From positions 96,001 to 160,000 of the forward strand of contig JBMNIH010000004.1 in NCBI GenBank assembly GCA_050950825.1: DNA of 64,000 nucleotides, written 5' to 3'. Made by a program: the position numbers and the translations under genes. The stretch is from Clostridia bacterium (GTDB lineage Bacteria > Bacillota > Clostridia > JAAYHZ01). The notes below the pieces were generated by a model that worked only from the letters and a program-made list of their open reading frames with translations, made no database searches and was not told where the DNA came from. Position 1 is the first letter of the stretch. The number at the start of each line of letters is the position of its first letter. This document shows, one piece after another, positions 1-9,824 of this stretch.

Positions 1-1
1 G

Positions 2-217
2 GCATTAAAAGAAAAAAGATACAAAGACGCCGCACAAATGGCGCATAAAATAAAGAGCAGTACGGGCAGCATCGGCGCAAAGTCATTGTATGATGTTGCG
101 GCCGCCCTGCAAAAAGCGATACAAAACGAAAAAATGGAAGAAGTGAAACCCTTATACGACCGTTTTGCGCTGTATTTGAGTAAACTCCTTGAGGAAATCA
201 AGGGAATTCAAATTTAA
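2..217 (+). CDS. C-terminal Hpt (histidine phosphotransfer) domain, probably the end of a hybrid sensor kinase; truncated by window start
   Basis: Frame 2 reads ALKEKRYKDAAQMAHKIKSSTGSIGAKSLYDVAAALQKAI...IQI* (TAA 215-217); AHKIKSSTGSIGA fits the Hpt H-x-(L/I)-K-(G/S)-S-(S/A)-x-x-(I/L)-G-A motif. Confidence 0.85.
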   Translation, partial: ALKEKRYKDAAQMAHKIKSSTGSIGAKSLYDVAAALQKAIQNEKMEEVKPLYDRFALYLSKLLEEIKGIQI

Positions 218-240
218 GGTAAACTGCTTATGGAAGGAAA

Positions 241-2745
241 ATGAACATGGATATCAATATCTTGGTAGTGGAGGATTCAGCCCCCGATCGTTTAATGATA
301 AGCAGCATACTGAAAGACTACAACGTCCTGATGGCTCGAGACGGCAAGGAGGCCTTGGAGATACTGGACAAGCACGAGGATATCAGTCTGCTTGTTCTTG
401 ATTTAAACATGCCCGTGATGAACGGGTTTGAAGTTTTGGAAACGCTAAAATCCCATAAAAAGCATAAGAATCTACGTACCATCATATTAACCGTATTTGA
501 CGAAGCCGAAAATGAAATTAAAGGCTTGAAGCTGGGTGCCGTCGATTATATCCGCAAACCGATCCATAAGGAGACCTTCAAAGCAAGGATCGACATTCAT
601 ATCGACCTTTTACGCTACCAAAGGGCTTTAGAGGCGAAATTCGAAGAGCAAAAGAATACGTTGGATATGATTATACGGCAAGCGCCCATCGGTATATTGA
701 TTTCATACAGCGACGAAATGTATCATTCCAACGGTAACACCGTCATACAAGTCAATTCGGTTCTGGAGCAAATTGTGGGAAGGACGGAAGAAGAGATCGC
801 GTCGTTAGGCTGTGAAAATCTAACCCACCCCGAAGATCGGGAAAGAGAGAAAAAGTATTTTGAAAAGCTGTACAGCGGAGCCATAAAGAAGTTTACCATG
901 GAAAAGCGTATGATCAAGCCGGACGGATCCGTCGTATGGGTGGATATGATTGCCGCGGCTCTGAATGTTTCCGGCAATAAGAAATACAATCATATTTGCT
1001 TGGTTCAAGATATAACGGAGCGCAAAAACATGGAAAAAGCGCTGCGGGAGAGCGAGCGCAGCAAGTCCGTGCTTTTGTCCCATCTTCCGGGTTTGGCTTA
1101 CCGCTGCAAATATGATCGCGATTGGACGATGCAGTATGTCTCCTCCGGTTGCTATGGTCTTACCGGATATCCCGCCGAAAGCCTTTTGTATAACCGAGAT
1201 ATTACATACAACGACATCATCGCACCGGAATATCGGGATCTGCTGTGGGATTTATGGCAGCAGCTTATTCCGGAGCGAAAGCCTTTCAAATACGAATACG
1301 AGATTATTACCGCCGACGGAGAAAGAAAATGGGTTTTAGAGGCGGGGCAAGGTATCTACAACGACAAGGGCGAAGTGGAAGCTCTTGAAGGAATTATTCT
1401 CGATATATCGGACCGCAAAAAAATAGAAAACGACTTAAGATACGTTAACGAACACGACGGCTTGACGGGGCTGTATAACCGCCGCGTTTTGGAAAACATA
1501 TTGAAAAAAGACGCCGTTGCGTTAAGCGACAGGAAGCGTGCCGTCATCAGCGTGAATTTAAGCACGGTTCAGTCCTTAACCCGCAGCTACGGCTTCCATT
1601 ATACCCAAGACATTATAGAAAAGGCGGCTCGCGAGCTGGAAAAGCTGTGCTCGGAAACGCGCCTTCTGTTCATCTCCTATTGGGACCGGTTTGTTTTCTA
1701 CATGAGGGAGTACAATGACAAGAAGGAAATCATCGATTTTTGCGCAGATATTAAGGAAACCTTGGATGCCCTTTTGAGGACGGAAAGAATCGACTACGGA
1801 ATCGGGGTCGTTCAAATTGATTCTATGCATCACTTTGATATTGACGAGCTATTGAAAAAGCTCCTGATCGCATCGGAAAAATCCTTAAACTCCGACCAGC
1901 CGGAGCTTACGCCTTGTTTTTACGGTAAAGAGATTGAAATGGAGATCTTAAGGGAAGAAGAGATCAAACGGGAGCTTGCCAATATTGCCAATAACGACGA
2001 TGAAGGAGATTGCCACCTTTATTTGCAGTACCAGCCGATTATGGATTTAAAGTCCGATCGAATCAGCGGCTTCGAGGCTTTGGCCCGATTGAAATGCAGC
2101 CGGTTGGGTTTGGTATCTCCCTTGGAATTCATACCTTTGGCGGAAGAAACAAAGCTCATTGTACCCATCGGATGGAAAATTATGCGGAAAGCTTTGCTTT
2201 TCCTAAAACGGATCGAATCCATGGGGTATGAAGGAATATCCGTCAGCGTCAATGTTTCCGTCATTCAGCTTTTGAAGAACGATTTCGTGGAAAAGCTTTT
2301 CGGGCTCATAAACGAATTGCAGGTATCTCCGAAGCATATCGGCATCGAGATAACGGAGTCGGTATTTTCCGACAACTATAACGAGGTAAACCAAATCATC
2401 AATCAACTGAGAGATGCCGGGCTTTATGTTGCCATCGACGATTTCGGGAAAGGGTATTCCTCTTTGGCTCGAGAACGGGAGTTGAACGTAGACTACCTGA
2501 AAATAGACAAGCACTTTATCGACAAATTGATAAAAGCATACCCGGAAAATGCCATCACAAGTGATATTATTTCCATGGCGCATAAGCTGGGCCATTTCAC
2601 CATTGCCGAAGGCGTGGAAGACGAAAGGCAGATTCAATATCTTAAGAAATGGAACTGCGATAAGATTCAAGGCTTCTTTATCGGAGTGCCCTTGGATGAG
2701 GAGCTAGCCATCGAGTTTCTCGTAAGGACATACAAATCCGATTAA
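241..2745 (+). CDS. Response regulator REC-PAS-PAS-GGDEF(degenerate)-EAL, likely c-di-GMP phosphodiesterase
   Basis: REC (ILVVED, LLVLDLNMP, AVDYIRKP); two PAS/PAC units; HDGLTGLYNRR then YWDRF in place of GGDEF; EAL motifs YQPI, FEALAR, IEITES, DDFGKGYSS, LKIDK, AEGVE, IQG; SD GGAAGG. Confidence 0.93.
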   Translation: MNMDINILVVEDSAPDRLMISSILKDYNVLMARDGKEALEILDKHEDISLLVLDLNMPVMNGFEVLETLKSHKKHKNLRTIILTVFDEAENEIKGLKLGAVDYIRKPIHKETFKARIDIHIDLLRYQRALEAKFEEQKNTLDMIIRQAPIGILISYSDEMYHSNGNTVIQVNSVLEQIVGRTEEEIASLGCENLTHPEDREREKKYFEKLYSGAIKKFTMEKRMIKPDGSVVWVDMIAAALNVSGNKKYNHICLVQDITERKNMEKALRESERSKSVLLSHLPGLAYRCKYDRDWTMQYVSSGCYGLTGYPAESLLYNRDITYNDIIAPEYRDLLWDLWQQLIPERKPFKYEYEIITADGERKWVLEAGQGIYNDKGEVEALEGIILDISDRKKIENDLRYVNEHDGLTGLYNRRVLENILKKDAVALSDRKRAVISVNLSTVQSLTRSYGFHYTQDIIEKAARELEKLCSETRLLFISYWDRFVFYMREYNDKKEIIDFCADIKETLDALLRTERIDYGIGVVQIDSMHHFDIDELLKKLLIASEKSLNSDQPELTPCFYGKEIEMEILREEEIKRELANIANNDDEGDCHLYLQYQPIMDLKSDRISGFEALARLKCSRLGLVSPLEFIPLAEETKLIVPIGWKIMRKALLFLKRIESMGYEGISVSVNVSVIQLLKNDFVEKLFGLINELQVSPKHIGIEITESVFSDNYNEVNQIINQLRDAGLYVAIDDFGKGYSSLARERELNVDYLKIDKHFIDKLIKAYPENAITSDIISMAHKLGHFTIAEGVEDERQIQYLKKWNCDKIQGFFIGVPLDEELAIEFLVRTYKSD

Positions 2746-3259
2746 GTTTAAGGCACCGATTGCAATTGTAAATGCGATTTCCGTCAAAACCATAGCGGCA
2801 GCCATCTCGAAACGGGCTCTCGGTAATTCACGGAAAAAGTCTTGAACTTTATAGCCGATAAAATGTCCAAGGATACCTTCGTCAATATTGCGAAGAGCCG
2901 GCTTAAAAGAATACAAGGAAACCCTTCCTCATGCAAGAAAATACGGTTTGCAAAAGGCTTAAGATGTAAGCCTTTCTTTTATCCTTCACGATGCGGTTAT
3001 CCAATTCTCCGAAGAAAAATGGGGAATATATCCCGGAATGTCACCCTTCGTACTTCATCGCCTCTTAAAACCGGATTTCATGAATCCGAAAGAAAAATGA
3101 AAAGAAAAAGCTTAAAATCCTCTTTAATTTTTCAATATTCATGATTTTATCAAATCAGACCTTTATTTACATGCATCGAATAGGAAGTATATAATGCTAG
3201 AAGAGAGATAAAAAATTGCAGGGCGGCATGCTCGGCTTTAACTGTAAGGGGGGAATCAT

Positions 3260-3871
3260 ACGGTAGGAATCTTAAGCATCGATTTTGATTATTTTATCGA
3301 CGTTTCCGCAAGGCAAAGGGATTTGTATTTTCCCGACGGAACGGAGGCCATACCGAAAGAACGGCTTTCCGCCATGTGGGATGCAAGATATGCAAGATTT
3401 CCGAGGCTTCGAAAAATCGGAGTGATCGGCGAATACTATTTTCTAAAAAGCTATCTCATGTCGGCGAACGTCAAAAAAGACTCTATCCATATAGCCGACA
3501 GCCATAAAAGCATAAGAGAAATCATCGAAGCGATACCCAAATCCCTCCCTATACGAATCGTCAATATCGACTTTCATCATGATTACTATCATTACTACAC
3601 GGACGGCGAATACTACAACTGCGGAAACTGGTTAAGAAGGGTCATTGAGGAAAGACCGGAAACGCAAGTGAAGTGGATCCGAAGAAAGGATTCCCAAACC
3701 TTAAGCTTGGAAGGAGAGTTTCCTTTTGAGCATACGACGGATATACAATCCGTAACCGGCGAAAAGTTTGATTACATATTCTTATGCAGGAGTCCGGAAT
3801 GGAGTCCGCCGCATTTGAGCGGCAAATTCAAGGAACTGATTTGGTTCTTCAGCCATGACATTCCGGCATAA
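3260..3871 (+). CDS. Arginase/ureohydrolase-fold (UPF0489-like) putative metallohydrolase; start probably ACG 3260 (first canonical start TTG 3323)
   Basis: Motifs ILSIDFDYF (upstream of TTG 3323, same frame), SH, NIDFHHD, NCGNW, CRSPEWSPP; SD AAGGGGGG 3246-3253; in-frame TAA at 3245-3247. Confidence 0.65.
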   Translation, partial: TVGILSIDFDYFIDVSARQRDLYFPDGTEAIPKERLSAMWDARYARFPRLRKIGVIGEYYFLKSYLMSANVKKDSIHIADSHKSIREIIEAIPKSLPIRIVNIDFHHDYYHYYTDGEYYNCGNWLRRVIEERPETQVKWIRRKDSQTLSLEGEFPFEHTTDIQSVTGEKFDYIFLCRSPEWSPPHLSGKFKELIWFFSHDIPA

Positions 3872-3885
3872 ATATCGATTGTATA

Positions 3886-3925
3886 AAGGCCGCTTTTTCC
3901 GATATAAAAGGAAGGCGGCTTTTTT
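3886..3925 (+). terminator. Intrinsic terminator
   Basis: GCCGCTTTTT/GGAAGGCGGC stem followed by a T-run. Confidence 0.7.
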
Positions 3926-3953
3926 AAATTTTTTTTCAAATCTTTTTTCATTT

Positions 3954-3996
3954 TTTGACCCGGGTCAAATCTTTTTTAAGAAGATAAGGTTACAAT
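3954..3996 (+). promoter_or_regulatory. Crp/Fnr(Flp)-type box with class II promoter
   Basis: Perfect palindrome TTTGACCCGGGTCAAA (3954-3969; TTGAC-N4-GTCAA) centred at 3961.5; -10 TACAAT at 3991-3996, placing the box near -41.5. Confidence 0.7.
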
Positions 3997-4033
3997 ATGT
4001 TCATAAAGAGCAAAGAAAAGTGAGGGATTCAAA

Positions 4034-4333
4034 ATGACAAACGCATTAAACAAAGCCGTGAAAAAGCACATGGATAAGTTGAATCTTTATGTACCGATCG
4101 TGGCAAGAGTTCACGGGAAACACCATACGGAGTTTTATGAAGTTCAAAAGCTGTTTGATGCGATCCGGGGAAAAATCAAGGATGCAAAAGACGACAAACC
4201 GGATCTCGATTCGGAATTCAAACGGTTAAGAGAGGTCACGGACAACTATACGGTTCCGAATGACGTTTGCGAAAGCTACGAAGCGGTGTACCTCATGCTT
4301 GCCGATTGGGATCGAGCTTATCAAGAAGATTAA
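4034..4333 (+). CDS. Short RIC/ScdA (iron-centre repair)-related protein
   Basis: VARVHGxxHxE and LREVTDNYTVPNDVCESY segments resemble RIC/YtfE/ScdA; only 99 aa; SD GAGGG. Confidence 0.7.
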   Translation: MTNALNKAVKKHMDKLNLYVPIVARVHGKHHTEFYEVQKLFDAIRGKIKDAKDDKPDLDSEFKRLREVTDNYTVPNDVCESYEAVYLMLADWDRAYQED

Positions 4334-4369
4334 TGAAGATACGAATCTTACGGGAAAGGAAGTGACGGT

Positions 4370-6220
4370 ATGCAAAGGTACATTTTGAAGAATAAGAACA
4401 AGATCGCTTTTCTCAGCGGTATCTTGATTGTGATCGGATTTTTATCGAATCGGTTATTTGGCCAAGAGGCGCTTTTAAAAGGAGCTTTGATCATCGCCTC
4501 CGTCTTGGGTTTGCTACCGATTGTCATACAGGCTTTTCAAGCTCTACGTGTGAAAGTCGTCAGTATCGACGTATTGGTCACCATTGCCGTTACCGGTGCC
4601 TTTGTCATACGAAACTTCGAAGAGGCCGCCATTGTTACTTTCCTGTTTCTCTTCGGTGCCTACTTGGAACAGCGGACCCTAAACAAAACCCGTTCCGCCA
4701 TTAAAAAGCTGACGGAAATGGCACCGGAAAGCGCTTTGAAAAGGACGGAGAACGGAGATTTTGAAGAAACAGACGTGGATGAGGTGGAGGTAGGAGACGT
4801 CCTCTTGGTGAAAACCGGAGCCAAGGTTCCTGTAGACGGTACCGTAATTTTAGGAGAAGGCAGCATAAACGAAGCGAGCATCACGGGGGAATCCCTTCCC
4901 GTAGCAAAGGAACCGGGCTCCAAGGTGTATGCAGGCACCATTATGGACAACGGGACGATCCAAATTACGGCCGACCGCGTAGGAGAAGACACCACCTTCA
5001 GCAAAATCATTGAGCTTGTGGAAGAGGCCCAAGATTCGAAATCGGAAGCGGAAAGATTCATCGACCGATTTTCCAAATACTACACGCCGGCGGTTCTTGT
5101 CCTTGGAGTTATCGTTTGGATCTTTTCCCGGAACACGGAACTAGCCATTACGATTTTAGTTCTCGGATGCCCCGGAGCGTTGGTGATCGGTGTTCCCGTA
5201 TCCAATGTTGCCGGAATCGGCAACGGAGCACGCCACGGAATTCTTTTAAAAGGAAGCGAGGTTATCGGTGATTTCAGCCGATTGGATACTATTGTTTTTG
5301 ACAAAACCGGAACCTTGACCGTAGGGAAGCCTTCCGTTGCGGAAAAAGAGTTTTACGGAGAAAATGTCGAAGAAGCGCTAAGCTACCTTGCAAGCGTGGA
5401 AAGGGAATCGGACCATCCCTTGGCCAAGGCGGTATTGGAAGATATCGGCGAAGCCTCAAATTACCCGGTTGAAAATACGGAAACGGTAAAAGGCGGCGGG
5501 ATTATTGCTACGGTCAACGGCCGAAGAATTGTCGTAGGCAACCCGGCTTTAATGGAAAGAGAAAATGTTCGGCTGAACGATAAAATGAAACAAGATATCG
5601 CCCGTTTTGAAAAGAACGGTAACTCCCTTGTTTTAACGGCGGTAGACGGTGAATTAAAGGTTTTGATGGGAGTTCGAGACCGTATACGGCCGGGAGTAAT
5701 AGAAGACTTGCAGAAGCTGAAAAAACTGAAGGTAAAAAACCTTATTATGCTGTCCGGAGACAACCAAGGCACCGTAGATGCCGTAAGCCGCGAGCTGGGA
5801 TTAACAAAAGCTTACGGAAACATGCTGCCGGAGGATAAGTCGGAGTATATAAAGAGGTTGATTGCGGAAGGAAGAAGGGTGGCTTTTGTCGGAGACGGCA
5901 TAAACGACAGTCCGTCGTTAGCCTTAGCCCATATCGGGATCGCCATGGGAGGCGGTACGGACGTAGCCATTGAAACGTCGGATGTGGTTTTAATGAATTC
6001 GGATTTTGGCAGACTTCCTCATGCCCTCGGATTAGCAAAAGCCACGGCCCGAAACATAAAGCAGAACATCGTCATTGCCGTAGGGGTTGTATTGGCGCTG
6101 TTAGCCGGTGTATTATTTAGTGACCGGGTAAACATGTCCGTCGGAATGTTCGTGCACGAAGCCAGCATATTGGTGGTCATTTTAAACGGTATGAGGCTTT
6201 TGAAGTACAGGTTAAGATAA
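4370..6220 (+). CDS. Heavy-metal-translocating P1B-type ATPase
   Basis: TGES, LGCPGAL, DKTGT, SDHP, GDGINDSP motifs; HEAS in last TM helix; no N-terminal HMA domain. Confidence 0.95.
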   Translation: MQRYILKNKNKIAFLSGILIVIGFLSNRLFGQEALLKGALIIASVLGLLPIVIQAFQALRVKVVSIDVLVTIAVTGAFVIRNFEEAAIVTFLFLFGAYLEQRTLNKTRSAIKKLTEMAPESALKRTENGDFEETDVDEVEVGDVLLVKTGAKVPVDGTVILGEGSINEASITGESLPVAKEPGSKVYAGTIMDNGTIQITADRVGEDTTFSKIIELVEEAQDSKSEAERFIDRFSKYYTPAVLVLGVIVWIFSRNTELAITILVLGCPGALVIGVPVSNVAGIGNGARHGILLKGSEVIGDFSRLDTIVFDKTGTLTVGKPSVAEKEFYGENVEEALSYLASVERESDHPLAKAVLEDIGEASNYPVENTETVKGGGIIATVNGRRIVVGNPALMERENVRLNDKMKQDIARFEKNGNSLVLTAVDGELKVLMGVRDRIRPGVIEDLQKLKKLKVKNLIMLSGDNQGTVDAVSRELGLTKAYGNMLPEDKSEYIKRLIAEGRRVAFVGDGINDSPSLALAHIGIAMGGGTDVAIETSDVVLMNSDFGRLPHALGLAKATARNIKQNIVIAVGVVLALLAGVLFSDRVNMSVGMFVHEASILVVILNGMRLLKYRLR

Positions 6221-6251
6221 CAAATACATAGGTAAACGGAGGTAGATGATT

Positions 6252-6479
6252 ATGAAGAAGGCAACCATTCAATTGGAAGCATTGGCGTGTCCGTCCTGCA
6301 TGCAAAAAATCGAAAATGCAGTGAAAGCTTTGGAGGGCATTGAAAAAGACACGGTAAAGGTGTTGTTTAACGCAAGCAAAGTAAAGTTCGATTTTAATGA
6401 AGAAAAAATATCCGTAGAAAAAGTTGAAAAAGCCATTACCGCCCTCGGCTATGAGGTTATAAAGACCCAAGTAAAATAA
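6252..6479 (+). CDS. HMA-domain metal chaperone (CopZ-like)
   Basis: LACPSC CxxC motif; C-terminal ITALGY; SD GGAGG 6238-6242 (alternative ATG 6246). Confidence 0.9.
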   Translation: MKKATIQLEALACPSCMQKIENAVKALEGIEKDTVKVLFNASKVKFDFNEEKISVEKVEKAITALGYEVIKTQVK

Positions 6480-6498
6480 TTGATTATTCATAGACATA

Positions 6499-6531
6499 AA
6501 AAGACATTACGGAAAAACTGTAATGTCTTTT
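6499..6531. terminator. Bidirectional intrinsic terminator
   Basis: AAAAGACATTACGG/CTGTAATGTCTTTT inverted repeat between convergent genes. Confidence 0.8.
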
Positions 6532-6558
6532 AATTATGATTCGCTGTTTTAATTATCG

Positions 6559-7866
6559 TTACTTCCGCCTTAGGATCTCCTTTATGGGGGTGCCGTCCGT
6601 ATCCTCCATGGTAATCCCTAATGCCTCGGCAAGGGTAGGAGCCACATCCACTATGGGTCTACGTTCTACCGTCGAACCTTTTTGGAATGCCGGCCCGAAG
6701 GCGATCAAGGTCGGTTGGGGCCCCTTGTCAGGCAGATGGCCGTGGGAAGCGCGGCCGAAGCGGTAATCCGAAAGGTCGAGGTTACGGACCAAGGGCTTTC
6801 TCCAATCGTTGCCGAAGGATGTATATCCGTCGCTTTCCAAGGCAAAGGAAAAGTCTCCGTCCAGATGCTCTTTTTCGTTGATCTCCTGTCGGGTGAAAAC
6901 CTCGCCGATGCCGTATATACCTTCATCACGTAAATGACAAAGGAGGTTGTAGGTACGGTCGTACGTTTCCTTGCAGGTAGGATCCTTCAAATATACCAAA
7001 GAGGATAGGGCGGAGGATTTGCAAAAAGCGCTCCAATCCAAGAAGTTGCCTTCCGAATCCGTCGTTATGAGCCCGTTTTCACGAAGGATTACGTTAGGAT
7101 GGATGCTTCGCTTGATTTCAAGGAGGCCGTGGTCGCTTAATATGACGAAGTTGGTGTCTTCGTATACGCCGGCATCCTTTGTCGCTTGGATAATCATACC
7201 CGTCCAACGCTCCGTCAAATCAAGGGACTCGTTGACTTTTTCGGAGAACAAGCCCGAACGATGGCGAGCATCGTCAATGGCTGCCGGGTGAATGGCCAGG
7301 ACATCCGGTTGAAACTCACGGATCATATCGCATGTACAAGCAATCACAAATTCGTCGGCTTGAGGGTGTTTTCGTTCATAACCCTTTAAAAGCGAAAGAT
7401 TTTTCTTAACAACCCTTTCGATGACTTGGTCGTTGGAGCCGGAACGGCGAAATACGTCGATCAAATCGTCGTCCTTCGACTGGGACCAATATTCGTCGAT
7501 GAGATAATCGATATCGGGGTCGTTGCCGGTTACCGGCCAGAAAACCGCCGCCGTTTTTAAGCCCGCCTTTTTTGCCGCCTTGAATAGGGTGGGTGCTTTA
7601 TTGGAGGAAGCAAACCATTGCCACGGAGAAGTAAGGACGCCGATTTCGGGAAGCTCGTTATTCAATACGCCGTGGCGGTTGGGATAGGTTCCCGTTATGA
7701 TGCTCGTGTGGACGGTATAGGTGATCGTCGGATAGACGGATCTTAATGTGTTTACCCTTGCTCCGTTTTCCAAAAGGCTTTTAAAAACGGGAAGATTCTT
7801 TAAGTAGGCCAAATCGTCATATACCAACGCATCATGAGATATGATTATCAATTTATTCCTTTTCAT
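6559..7866 (-). CDS. Alkaline-phosphatase superfamily nucleotide pyrophosphatase/phosphodiesterase
   Basis: IISHD, SVYPTITYTVHTSIITG (Thr nucleophile), DDARH, LSDHG, SHGH. Confidence 0.9.
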   Translation of the reverse strand: MKRNKLIIISHDALVYDDLAYLKNLPVFKSLLENGARVNTLRSVYPTITYTVHTSIITGTYPNRHGVLNNELPEIGVLTSPWQWFASSNKAPTLFKAAKKAGLKTAAVFWPVTGNDPDIDYLIDEYWSQSKDDDLIDVFRRSGSNDQVIERVVKKNLSLLKGYERKHPQADEFVIACTCDMIREFQPDVLAIHPAAIDDARHRSGLFSEKVNESLDLTERWTGMIIQATKDAGVYEDTNFVILSDHGLLEIKRSIHPNVILRENGLITTDSEGNFLDWSAFCKSSALSSLVYLKDPTCKETYDRTYNLLCHLRDEGIYGIGEVFTRQEINEKEHLDGDFSFALESDGYTSFGNDWRKPLVRNLDLSDYRFGRASHGHLPDKGPQPTLIAFGPAFQKGSTVERRPIVDVAPTLAEALGITMEDTDGTPIKEILRRK

Positions 7867-8053
7867 AAAAAAAGACCTTTCAAATGTTTTTTCAAATTTG
7901 ATTTTATTGTATCATCTTTTCGAAAAAGCGGGAACGGCTTTTTCCATTAAAGCGTCGCTTGAATGTATTTTTTGCCTATAACCGTTCTTTCTTGCGATTA
8001 TCTGCTACAATTTATATATAAACAATACGGATATGAAACCAAAGGAGGAAAAG

Positions 8054-8548
8054 ATGTTAGGAGCCGTTTACCGAGAAATCGATAAAAAGACGGAGGAGCT
8101 CATTGTTCGCATATACGGTAATTGGGTAAGAGAATACAACTGCATCCGCTACGGAGAAGGCTGTTATTCCGTTGTCGCTTTGGTTGATGATTTTCCTGCA
8201 GGATTTATCTCCGTATATCCTCGAAAGCTTCCCGAGCCTTTCCATGAGTTCTGCGATGCCTATATCGAGGTTATTGAAGTCCATAAGGAATATCGAAGAA
8301 GAGGAATTGCGACGGAATTAATAAAGCGGGCGGAGGCATGGGCAAAAGAATACGGGTATCGCCAAATCTCGTCATGGAGCAGCGACGATAAAAAAGAAGC
8401 CTTAAAAATGTGGTACGCTCTTGACTACGGTATCATGCCTGCCGTTATGCGGGGAAAAAGCGTGATAAAAGAGTTTGAAAACAAACCGATCTTGGGCTTT
8501 TATGTCTCCAAGATGTTGAATCCGTCGGGAAAATATCTTCATCCTTGA
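8054..8548 (+). CDS. GNAT family N-acetyltransferase
   Basis: Motif A VHKEYRRRGIA; SD AAAGGAGG before ATG 8054. Confidence 0.85.
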   Translation: MLGAVYREIDKKTEELIVRIYGNWVREYNCIRYGEGCYSVVALVDDFPAGFISVYPRKLPEPFHEFCDAYIEVIEVHKEYRRRGIATELIKRAEAWAKEYGYRQISSWSSDDKKEALKMWYALDYGIMPAVMRGKSVIKEFENKPILGFYVSKMLNPSGKYLHP

Positions 8549-8652
8549 GCAGGGTTATAGCCTGCTCAAGAGGGGATTTCCTTTGCCCGGGCATAGGAGG
8601 CGGTTGAAAAATTTAAATAACCGAGGTTTTAAAGCTTTAAAGAATTCTTGTA

Positions 8653-9555
8653 TTATGGCGTGTAGAATTTAACGACCGTATTGTATTCCTTTATAATACT
8701 TTCCAGAATATCAACATGCTTAAAATCTCGGTGATAAAGAATATTGATTTCACGAATCATGCTGAGATTTTCTATCGGTAATACGGTTATCTTCCCTTTT
8801 TTCAGTTCATCGAGGCATGCGCTTCGCGCAAGGATGGAAACCCCTATATCACGTCGTATGAGGTCTTTAATCGTTGCAATATTGTCAACTTCCAAAATGA
8901 CATTAAAATCATTGAGCGACATATTGTTGCTTTCCAAGTGAGCGGTAAACAAGTTTCTTGTCCCGGATGACGGCCTGCGAAGAATTAAAGGCTGTTTTTT
9001 TAATTCGTTAATGGTTACCATACTTTTTTTGGCCAAAGGGTTATTGTTAGATACGACCAACACTAAAGAATCGGTGTCAAGCAGAAGGGAATTAATACCG
9101 GGATCTTGAATTTTCCCCTCAACGACAGCTATATCGATCTCGTAATTTTGGAGCATATTATAAAGATTTTTTATGGAGTCAGTAATTATTGTTATGGTTG
9201 TACCCGGATTTTGGGCACTGTACCTTCCCAACACCTCCGCTACGGCATTGCTTTCGGCGGTGTGCGTAATCCCGACCGTGAGCTGCCTGACATGCCGTTG
9301 TTCATCCAAAAGGTTCTGCTTCATTCTCTCGTATAAGGCGATATTTCTACGGGCATACTGAAGGACAATATTGCCTTCCTTAGTCAGCTTCAGCTCTTTT
9401 CCGACACGGCTGAAAATCTTAATATTCAGCTCCTTTTCCAATTGCTTTATATGCTGAGTTACGGCCGGCTGTGTCAAGGAAAGATGTTCCGCCGCCCGTG
9501 TATAGCTATTAAATTTAACCACCTCTAGTAGAGTATAAAGTCTTATATCAATCAT
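8653..9555 (-). CDS. LysR-family transcriptional regulator
   Basis: SYTRAAEHLSLTQPAVTQHIKQLEKEL HTH plus LysR substrate domain; SD GGAGG supports ATG 9555. Confidence 0.95.
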   Translation of the reverse strand: MIDIRLYTLLEVVKFNSYTRAAEHLSLTQPAVTQHIKQLEKELNIKIFSRVGKELKLTKEGNIVLQYARRNIALYERMKQNLLDEQRHVRQLTVGITHTAESNAVAEVLGRYSAQNPGTTITIITDSIKNLYNMLQNYEIDIAVVEGKIQDPGINSLLLDTDSLVLVVSNNNPLAKKSMVTINELKKQPLILRRPSSGTRNLFTAHLESNNMSLNDFNVILEVDNIATIKDLIRRDIGVSILARSACLDELKKGKITVLPIENLSMIREINILYHRDFKHVDILESIIKEYNTVVKFYTP

Positions 9556-9572
9556 CTTGTCCGCCTCCAATT

Positions 9573-9587
9573 ATAACGATTAGTTAT
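9573..9587. promoter_or_regulatory. LysR T-N11-A recognition box in divergent promoter region
   Basis: ATAAC-GATTA-GTTAT palindrome (T9574-N11-A9586). Confidence 0.6.
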
Positions 9588-9662
9588 CCCGTATTAAAAA
9601 ATTATAAATTTACTTTATGATTTTTATGAGTATAATGATAACAAATATTAGGAAAGGGGGCA

Positions 9663-9824
9663 ATGATTATGAAGCCAAAACATAAATTTGTATGGCCGAT
9701 TCTTGTCTTTCGTACCATGAAGCCTCTGCCTAATTCTTCGAATGGTTTTAATCCTTACTTTCGGTTGTCAATACCAAAATTGCAGCCCGTAAATATAATC
9801 CTTGTCCTTTTGGATTCCTTTTAA
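9663..9824 (+). CDS. Putative 53-aa small protein/leader peptide
   Basis: MIMKPKHKFVWPILVFRTMKPLPNSSNGFNPYFRLSIPKLQPVNIILVLLDSF*, preceded by TATAAT (9631-9636) and SD GGAAAGGGGG. Confidence 0.4.
   Translation: MIMKPKHKFVWPILVFRTMKPLPNSSNGFNPYFRLSIPKLQPVNIILVLLDSF

Noticed and set aside
2746-3240. ORFs 2842-3144 (+) and 2704-2916 (-) in a long intergenic gap
   Set aside because: No SD or recognisable motifs, and a terminator-like hairpin (AAAGGCTTA/TAAGCCTTT, ~2953-2975) lies inside the + ORF
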